The translations under genes were made by a program, and so were the position numbers. From Macrostomum lignano (taxonomy: Eukaryota), in assembly GCA_002269645.1 (NCBI GenBank), contig NIVC01001205.1, positions 248,001 to 312,000 of the forward strand: DNA of 64,000 nt, written 5' to 3'. The notes beneath the pieces are model-generated. The model did no database searches. It was not told the origin of the DNA and saw nothing but the letters and a program-made list of their open reading frames with translations. This document shows positions 1 to 12,296 of this stretch, piece by piece. The first letter of the stretch is position 1; every line of letters begins with the position of its first letter.

Positions 1-524
1 GTGGGGAAGCCATTGCCTTGGTGTTTGACTAGGTTTTCACTGCCTTGATTGACTGGGCAACCACGTTGTCAGAATGCTCGACAATTTTAGGCATTGATCA
101 GCTTGTACTTGTATCTGTAGCCGCTCCAATGCATGTATATTTGAGCTGCTTTTTGGCAGGCGAGTCGCTAATTTAATAATTATCTGCAATATAAAACAGC
201 CTGTCACATGTGGTTCAAGCTGCCACACCTGCACCCCATTGCTCGTGAGAACTGAGCAGAGGCCGCCCAAATCCTTGTAGAGCTGAGCTTGAATTCTGCG
301 TCAAGTTTGCGCCACTTTTGACACTGATTTGGCTGATAAAAACAGCAGAAAACAGAAAAAAATGTTTGTCTCTGAGCTGCTTCTGACAGCCCTGCTGCCC
401 TCGATCTGCGGCAGCTGGCCTGCAGCAGGCGCCGAGTTCCCACCAGCTCGAGTGGATAAATACCGACTCGCGATACCTGCTCAAATCTGCAACTCAAAGT
501 GGCCGCTCCAATCAGCGACTCCCA

Positions 525-2540
525 TTGGCGACTCAGCAAATGCAGCACCGCCAGCTACTCGCTGCCTGCCTCGCCGCAGCCACTGCAGCTCTGCTGCTCA
601 CCGGCGCCGCCTCTGCTCAGTGTCCCGCACACGGCTGGACACACCGAGCTCACTCATGCTACAAGTGGTTCAGCGAGCCGAACTACTGGTTTCAGGCCGA
701 GCAGACGTGTCTGTCTCACGGGGCTCAGCTCGCGTCCATCCAAAGTGAGCAAGAGAACCGACTGGTAGGCCGACTGTCTCACTGCAGAGACGCCTGGATC
801 GGTTTGTTCGGCACCGACCTCGACCGTCTGGCCGACCCTACAAGCTACAGGTGGACGGACGGCGGCGGCGTAGGGAGCTTCGAGAGACACAACTTCTCTC
901 AGCTGGACAGCGTTCACAAGCCTCTGATCCGAAGTGACGGTGAGTGGTGGCTCAACTCGCTGTATCACGAGCGGCACCCGTTTGTGTGCAAGTTGAGCGC
1001 CAACTCCAGCAGTCTCGTCGACTGGTGGTGGCGGTCGAAGGGCCGATGTCCCAGCGGCTGGTGGCTGCACGACGAGCAGTGCTACGTGATGCCGCAGTTT
1101 GAGGCCAACTTCAACGAGGCCAACTTCTACTGCCAGCGAAACTCGTCGCAGCTGGCGTCGGTGCTCACCCAGTCTGAGCTGGACTTTGTGAACAAGCTCA
1201 GCTTCGGAATCGACAGCTGCGAGTCGGCAGAGCTGCTCGACTCGGTGTGGCTCGGCCTCATCAAGCTGAACCCCTGCTTCCCTGACAGTGCGGGTCGCGA
1301 GCTCTGCTACCAGTGGACGGATTTCTCAGGGAAACACGACAACAAGCTGCCCGCATGGGAGACTGGACACCCGGACAGTGCGGACTGGACTGTGAACTGC
1401 GTCACGCTGTCAGCTGGTCGACTGCGCAGCGACAGGTGCCACAGCAGGCACAGGTTCGTGTGCAAGACGGAGGCGTCGGACGGGACCTCCACACCTGACG
1501 GAGGCGTCACCTCTGCACCTGACGGAGGCGTCACCTCTGCACCTGACGGAGGCGTCACCTCTGCACCTGACGGAGGCGTCACCTCTGCACCTGACGGAGG
1601 CGTCACGTCTGCACCTGACGGAGGCGTCACGTCTGCACCTGACGGAGGCGTCACCTCTGCACCTGACGGAGGCGTCACCTCTGCACCTGACGGAGGCGTC
1701 ACCTCTGCACCTGACGGAGGCGTTACCTCTGCACCTGACGGAGGCGTCACCTCCGCACCTGACGGAGGCGTCACCTCCACACCTGACGGAGGCGTCACCT
1801 CTGCACCTGACGGCGGCGTCACCTCTGCACCTGACGGAGGCGTCACTCCACCTGTGGACGACCTCGTGGCTGCGTTCGACTTCAGGAGGGGCCTCGACAA
1901 CCTGGTGGACCCGCGCACCTTCGCCATCGAGGACCAGTTCGGCGTGGAGAGGTCGGTAGATGACGGGGCCTGCTTCAAGTGGAATTCCAGTGCCAGTTAC
2001 AGGGAGTTCTACAATGTCGGAGCTCCTGTGGCATTCAATGAGTCGATCTGGAACGCGGCAGAGTGGACCATGTACTTCAGGCTGACTCGGAGCAACGACA
2101 GACGGGCTTTATTTCTGTCGGTCCCGAGCGACCCTATGCGCCCGGATCAGAAGCAAAGCCTTGTTGCTCACATTGATCCGTTTTCTGGGAACACATTTAG
2201 ACTCTTTGTTGGGCAACGCGACCTTGGAAACTCAACACATTTCCTTGGGCATGGCAACATAAACATCTTCAACGGATCGGGCTGTGTTGGCAGCTGGTGC
2301 GACATTCGGTTGGCAATGAAGAACCGCATTTTGGATTCTCCTGCCATCGGAGAGCCGCTGGATGCTATATATTATAACTGGACTCATGAGGTTCAGGAAC
2401 TGGGACTGCAGCAGCTGCGGCTCGGAAATCTTCATCAATTTTCTTCTTCCCCGCGGTTCTGCCTGAGGTGCTTCGGAGTCGCCCGCAGGCAGCTGAGCGC
2501 CGATGAGGTGCGGCAGGCGATGTCGGCCTTCTGCCCCTGA
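525..2540 (+). CDS. Secreted lectin, copy 1: signal peptide + 2 C-type lectin domains + (APDGGVTS)x15 stalk + LamG/pentraxin-like C-terminal domain, intronless
   Basis: 671-aa ORF. Hydrophobic leader LLAACLAAATAALLLTGAASA. CTLD motifs CPxxW...CYKWF...WFQAEQTC...LASI.S.QEN...WIGL...FVC occur twice. C-terminal LVAAFDF...FGVARRQLSADEV resembles the ConA/LamG fold ends. AATAAA 35 nt after the stop. Confidence 0.9.
   Translation: MATQQMQHRQLLAACLAAATAALLLTGAASAQCPAHGWTHRAHSCYKWFSEPNYWFQAEQTCLSHGAQLASIQSEQENRLVGRLSHCRDAWIGLFGTDLDRLADPTSYRWTDGGGVGSFERHNFSQLDSVHKPLIRSDGEWWLNSLYHERHPFVCKLSANSSSLVDWWWRSKGRCPSGWWLHDEQCYVMPQFEANFNEANFYCQRNSSQLASVLTQSELDFVNKLSFGIDSCESAELLDSVWLGLIKLNPCFPDSAGRELCYQWTDFSGKHDNKLPAWETGHPDSADWTVNCVTLSAGRLRSDRCHSRHRFVCKTEASDGTSTPDGGVTSAPDGGVTSAPDGGVTSAPDGGVTSAPDGGVTSAPDGGVTSAPDGGVTSAPDGGVTSAPDGGVTSAPDGGVTSAPDGGVTSAPDGGVTSTPDGGVTSAPDGGVTSAPDGGVTPPVDDLVAAFDFRRGLDNLVDPRTFAIEDQFGVERSVDDGACFKWNSSASYREFYNVGAPVAFNESIWNAAEWTMYFRLTRSNDRRALFLSVPSDPMRPDQKQSLVAHIDPFSGNTFRLFVGQRDLGNSTHFLGHGNINIFNGSGCVGSWCDIRLAMKNRILDSPAIGEPLDAIYYNWTHEVQELGLQQLRLGNLHQFSSSPRFCLRCFGVARRQLSADEVRQAMSAFCP
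1490..1850 (+). repeat. Coding 24-bp tandem repeat (about 15 units) encoding the lectin stalk
   Basis: Unit GCACCTGACGGAGGCGTCACCTCT repeated in frame. Confidence 0.95.
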
Positions 2541-2574
2541 GGCTGCGGACTGTGGCACTTCGAGACTGGTGGTC

Positions 2575-2580
2575 AATAAA
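2575..2580 (+). terminator. Polyadenylation signal of lectin copy 1
   Basis: AATAAA shortly after TGA; conserved in copy 2 at 23157-23162. Confidence 0.65.
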
Positions 2581-2681
2581 GCCATTTATTGCTAATGCTG
2601 ACTTTGTTTCCAAAATACACTGCAGGTTAAGGGAAAGCAAATATTTTGTTTTGTTTCTAGTTTTTGTCTTTTACCGAGAAG

Positions 2682-7223
<4,542 letters not shown>

Positions 7224-8858
7224 TGTGGATGCGTTTTCAAAAGTTTAGTAAAATTTTGCGAGAGCGTAGAAGCATAGTAAGCCATGCAGGCAATTCATAA
7301 CTATAGTGCTACTGCACGAATGATAAGAAATCACTTTAAGCACTTGATTGACCAGGTAACCTCGATACCATATTTCTCAACAGTTTTAGAGGTTTCACTT
7401 TTACAGCTACTGGAACACGGACTTGTACAGCTGGTGTTACAGGGACTTGTACAGCTACTGCTACAGGGACTTGTACAACTACTGTTACAGACTTGTACAG
7501 CTACTGTTAAAGGGACTTGTACAGCTACTCTTACAGGGACTTGTACAACTACTGTTACAGACTTGTACAGCTACTGTTACAGGAACTTGTACAGCTACTG
7601 TTACAGGGACTTGTACAGCTGGTGCTACAGAACAGAGACTTGTGCAGCCGCCTGTAGTGTGAGCATCTTTTGCGTGAATTTTGTTAGTTAATTGATTGTA
7701 TTAGTTTCTATATTGTTATTGAATTATTATTTTGCTTTAGTTAGTCACGTTTTCAATGTACTTTTCTTGTTAGTTAGAATCCAATTTTGCGTAAACAGGC
7801 TAGAAGTCAGACACCAACTGTGACTCAGCGGAGGGTTGAGTTTTTCTGCGAACCCCAGCTTTGCGCGGCCAGCCAATCAGAACCGGCCTGGACCCTGGCA
7901 CGCGGCAAGTTCCAGTTCTACCCGGCGCCGCGGGCGCAGTGCAATTCGGCTTAGCGAGCGGCCGGCCAGACGACCACCACCCGGCTTGAGGGGGGTTTTG
8001 AGGGGTTTGAAAGTGTGTTTGGCAATCGGATCTCACTTCCCTTCTGTTTTTCCCCCTCTGTTCTTCTTTCCCCGGCTTTGATTTTGTCCCGGCTTCCCGG
8101 CCGTTTGCCGATCTGTTTGGTTCGCGCTTTGAGGCACCTGAGTAACTGAGTTCATCACCCCGGTCCATATTTTTGTTCCCTTGCCCGACCGCTTCAGTCT
8201 TGTAGCGTAACGATACGGCAAATTCCTGTCTGAAGTCGAAGTGAAGCTATTAAGCGCGGTCTAGTTAGAGACTGTCAGATTTGACCAAGTACGTGGCCTC
8301 GACCCAGAGGGCCTCAGTGTCACACTGAAGGGCAGCGCTGATAGAATTTAGTCAGTGCTCTGTTGAACGGTCGGTTCGGCAGGGCTCTCGTTTGAGTGTA
8401 GATTCTGGTTTAGGCCAGGGGTTAGAAGTCTTCTCCGTGGTCCTGTGTTCGGTTCCTCTTCTTTCTCAGCTGAGATCTGCTTGCCATTGCGTAACTAAGT
8501 TATTACTAATCGTTTGTCTCGTTATCATTTTCCGCTATTATCAGTTCGAAATTATCTGCGCCGCGAATTGCATTGAAGCTTGTAACTTGAAGTAATCAAA
8601 TTAAATCGTCCAGCCAATTATCAGTCTGTATCATATAGGATTATCACTCTCTAAATCTATTCGGTTCGTGTTCATCTGCGTCCTTCCTTTTCTTGTACCG
8701 TACTGTGACTATTTGAGAAAGACTGGTAGGACTCGCCGACCGGCGATAGGCGATTAGGGCCAATAGCTTTAAAATCTCCGAACGCTCCAAGTAGGTTTGT
8801 CTAGGGCCTAAATAATTGCTTATCGTGCATGCTATATACATTTATTGTATCTATCACA
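7224..8858 (+). mobile_element. 5' LTR (about 1.63 kb) of a Ty3/gypsy-like element, followed by a PBS-like TGG motif at 8861
   Basis: TGTGG...TATCACA termini. Both ends align with the related solo LTR at 39172-40458. Followed by agTGGAGCCCCTGGGAATC, a leader and gag. Confidence 0.75.
7418..7630 (+). repeat. 22-24-bp tandem repeat inside the LTR
   Basis: Unit GGGACTTGTACAGCTACTGTTACA, about 9 copies; duplicated at about 16727-16939. Confidence 0.9.
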
Positions 8859-9382
8859 AGTGGAGCCCCTGGGAATCCAATAGTTAGCAGGCGGCAGTTT
8901 ATTGGTAGGCGCTCTAAGTGAGCAAGCTGAGACTAAAACTCAACGAGTCTGTTCCAGGCTCGTAGCGGCTATTTCGTCAACCACGCAGTGTGCAGCAATT
9001 CCGCATTAGGTGTGGTTTTGCGGTTGGCCAGTTACCCCAAAATACTGAATAGGATTTAGGAGTGGGAAAAAATTGACTTTTTTAAAACTAAATTTTTGCA
9101 CTTTGATAGAAACTTGCGTGTGAAAGCAGATTTTGTTGACAGTTTAAAAATATTATTAGTGTTATCAGCATAGTCTGCGAGTGCGCGCACTAGAGAGTAC
9201 ACCGGTTAAATTTTTATCAGTGTACATTCAGTTTTCTTATCAGTTATTGCCAGTGCGAGCGAGGCGACCGATTCCGCTCATTAGATAAAATAGGAAGCTA
9301 GATTATTGAATCTGTTATAACCTTACAAGTTGTACTTTCTGAAGTTGCAGTAATAGAAAGTCCAATTGGTTGAAACTTAGCA

Positions 9383-10237
9383 ATGGCGCAGGACGGAGAA
9401 ATAAGTCAAGAATCGAAATCAGTTGAGATTAGGAACGAAGGCGAAGTAGATGAGGCCGAACACTTGAGAACGGTAGTGAGAGAACTGCAGGATCGCATAA
9501 GAAGAATGGAAACCGAAAATCCTGAACCTAGAGTGATTTTGAAGTCGCATAACAGCGTAGCAAAGCCCAAGCCATACCGACTTGGCTCAGATTTTGAACT
9601 GTTTCTAAGAATCTTCAACAACTACTGTCAAGGCAACGGTATAGATGAATCGGCTAAAGTGTATCAACTATTGTCGCTCCTAGACGAAGACGCCTATAAG
9701 GTTTACATTAACTTAGGCCTAGCGAGCACCGAACCTTTTGAAAGCATTGAAAAGACTTTAAAGGACAAATTCAAGCCCGTAGGACAGAAGGAAGAGGCGA
9801 AGCTAGAGCTGATGAACCGCAGGCAGAAGGAAGATGAATCATTAGAAGAATTCTACGATGCGCTAGTTGAATTATAGTTAGGAAAGCAGGACTAGAGAGT
9901 CAGGCTAGAGAGCGAGTCTCTGAACGATTCGAAGCCGCCATAGCAAATTACAAAGTAAGGCGCGCAGTCATCGCTTATCGTAGAACGCATGAGTCGAAAT
10001 ATCAGACGCAAGATTTGTTGACCGCAGCGAAGAACGAGGAGATCCTCGAAGAACTCGCAAACCCAGGCAGCCAAAAGAATAGGAGGAAGCAAGAGGGCTC
10101 AAATACTCTGACGGCTCAAGTAGAAAAGGAAGCGAAGAAGCCAGTGGCAGCACCCGGTGCGGGGCAAGGCCATCAGTCATTTGGACCTCAGTTTGCTTCC
10201 CCGCCGGCCAACTATCCTTCACAGTACCAGCCGTACC
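9383..10237 (+). pseudogene. gag of the gypsy-like element, frameshifted (about 9875) and interrupted by LINE B
   Basis: Matches 18692-19544 except for a 2-nt insertion. PKPY...DFELFLRIFNNY and RRQKEDESLEEFY capsid-like motifs. Confidence 0.85.
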
Positions 10238-10751
10238 GAAGGCGTATTCAGCATGCCAGTGAAGTATGAGACAGTCTAGGCCCATGGGCTAAGGTCTGCG
10301 ATGCTTCACGCCTGCCCCTATCTTCAGCAGGTCAATGCTGGTGGGAGGTCTGCACCCTCTATTTGCCTCTGGCAGCCGCAGACCCCCCCCCCCACGCTGT
10401 CTCGCAAGTCGACCCAGGGTACTCGTCCCCGCGTGTGTTCAAGGCAGTCCCTAGGGCTGCTGGACAGACTGGGCTCCGGCGCTGGCGACCCTATCCAGTG
10501 GCTTCGGCCGAATTTGGGTATGCGGGTCTGGCTCGCCAACCTGCAGGCCGTGGTACTGCTCAACGTACTCTCTAATGCCTAAGGTGTTGACCGTGCCGAT
10601 GGGCTGGAAGGCCGGGGAGTAGTCCGGTCGCAAGCGGTCCCCCTCCTGGTGTCGGGCCAGCCTTGAGGGTGCTATTGGCCTACTGCCCGGTCAGGTGGAG
10701 CGGCCGGGTGGGTACCGCGCCCCTTTGAGGGTAGCCCACCAACCTTTTATC

Positions 10752-12257
10752 ATGGCCTTCGAGCCGACTATGGATAAACAAGCTATTTCTAGGGACGGGG
10801 ACCCTTCTAAACCCCAACCTCAGTCCGAAGGACCGGCCGGCCCTGCTGGCAGATCCCAACCGACTGATTCAACTGTGGCAAAGGAAGGACCGGCTGGCTC
10901 TGCTGGCAGATCCGACCAGAGCTACCAAACTCAAAATACCCTAAGACCTGCCAGCTCCGCTGGTGGATCTAAGGGAACCGCGAGCTCTGAGCCTAAAGGA
11001 CCGGCCAAATCTGGCAGATCCGATGAAGCTCAGCGGGCTCGGCTTGAGCGCAAACGCGCTAAACAACGCGCCAAAAGGCAGGCCAAGAAGGGAGCTGCGG
11101 GGGCCAAAGCGGCGGCGTCCACCATGGATGCTGAAGCGACTGGAGTCCCAAGGCAACCAGGCGGGCCGGCCGGTGGAAGCTCCAGTAGTTCAGCGGCGGC
11201 GCTCCCTGGAGCTGCTGCCGCGGCTGCTGAGGCCGAAACCACGGCGCAACAAATGGCCACTGCCAACAAGGAGGTTCCTTCGGGAGCTACCTTTGCGGCG
11301 AAGGCCAAGGCCAAAATCCCGGGAGTGATCATCCAAGGTCGCGACCAGGACTGGACCACTGATCAGCTTCAAAAAGTGTGGAGTGCTGTTGACTCCTATC
11401 TGATTGAGCTGACTGTCGAGGAGGGAATCTCCATCGGCGTTGAGCGGATGGTGCTGCGAAGCACATTCGTTCTTATTGCTCCTAGCAGCGAGGAGGACGC
11501 TCGGCGGCTGCTCCAGCGGCTACCGACGGTCTCCTTGGATGCTGACCTTGGTGGAGCTCTTTTTCTTCGCGAGGGCCAGCGTCCAAAGACGATACCCTAT
11601 GTGGTTTTCGTCCCTGCTAAGAGCACCGCAGCTGGACCAGACGTTATTCGCCGGGTCCTACTGCGTCTGAACCCCGACCTCCCTGCTAGTGGACTGGTGT
11701 ATCACCGCAAAGTCCGCAGGGGGGAGACGGGCAACTCAATTGTCCTCGGCCTTTCCAGCACTTGGGCGAGTCGGTACCCTAATGGATCCTCTTTCCAGCT
11801 GGGTGCCCTCAAGCTCAAGTTGCGCCGAGGAAAGTCTGCCAAAGGGAAGGCTACTGCCAACCCCGGCATCTCCGGCAAGAGCGGGGCGCAGTCTAAGGCC
11901 CAAGGAAAGGCGCAAGCCGATCCCAAAGCCAAAGCTGCATCTCGCCCCTCTGCTAGCAGCAGTTCGGCGACCGCGGTAACGGCTCCGGCCGAGCCCCGGG
12001 AACCAAACCTGCCAGTCGGAGAAGGAGTTGAGGACGAGGCCGGGTCTTCGGAATCCGAGCTCTCCTCGGCCACCTTGGTGGGGTCTGAAGGTAAAGATGC
12101 AGGTGAGGAAGCTTCCTCCATCCTGTCATCGGAGCCTGAGGACTCTGCTGGGGGGGCCGGTGGGGGTGAGGAGGCCATGGACGTCGACCAACTCCCATCT
12201 CCCAGTCAAGCCCCAGCGGCCTGGGACGAGGACGATCTGTTGTCCAAGTCTCCTTGA
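10752..12257 (+). CDS. LINE B ORF1 (nucleic-acid chaperone-like; central region reminiscent of DUF4780 of LOA elements, no CCHC)
   Basis: First ATG at 10752. Low-complexity basic N-terminus, folded core about IPGVIIQG...LKLKLRRGK, acidic tail. Confidence 0.8.
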   Translation: MAFEPTMDKQAISRDGDPSKPQPQSEGPAGPAGRSQPTDSTVAKEGPAGSAGRSDQSYQTQNTLRPASSAGGSKGTASSEPKGPAKSGRSDEAQRARLERKRAKQRAKRQAKKGAAGAKAAASTMDAEATGVPRQPGGPAGGSSSSSAAALPGAAAAAAEAETTAQQMATANKEVPSGATFAAKAKAKIPGVIIQGRDQDWTTDQLQKVWSAVDSYLIELTVEEGISIGVERMVLRSTFVLIAPSSEEDARRLLQRLPTVSLDADLGGALFLREGQRPKTIPYVVFVPAKSTAAGPDVIRRVLLRLNPDLPASGLVYHRKVRRGETGNSIVLGLSSTWASRYPNGSSFQLGALKLKLRRGKSAKGKATANPGISGKSGAQSKAQGKAQADPKAKAASRPSASSSSATAVTAPAEPREPNLPVGEGVEDEAGSSESELSSATLVGSEGKDAGEEASSILSSEPEDSAGGAGGGEEAMDVDQLPSPSQAPAAWDEDDLLSKSP

Positions 12258-12296
12258 TGGCCCTGGGCTCTAGCCAGATATTGCATTTAATACAGT

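Noticed and set aside
1-200. Transposase fragment at the window start
   Set aside because: Stop-interrupted and too short to support a call.
1307-1978. Antisense ORFs over the lectin stalks (also 22000-22551), LINE ORFs and gypsy ORFs
   Set aside because: Shadow frames of GC-rich coding or repeat sequence with no independent motifs.
2093-2460. Diversity-generating retroelement idea (variable lectin C-terminus next to reverse transcriptases)
   Set aside because: Differences between paralogs involve all four bases (CAC/GGC, CCT/CAT, CTT/CGT, GGG/TGG), not just adenines. No separate template repeat is present, and the nearby RTs are ordinary LINE/gypsy enzymes.
10238-10751. HDV-like self-cleaving ribozyme at the LINE B 5' end (known from some R2/RTE/LOA elements)
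   Set aside because: L3-like (TTCACGCC, TCCCCGC) and J4/2-like (CGAA, CAA) pieces exist, but I could not build a consistent P1/P2/P3 nesting by hand. An RNArobo/Infernal search would settle it.
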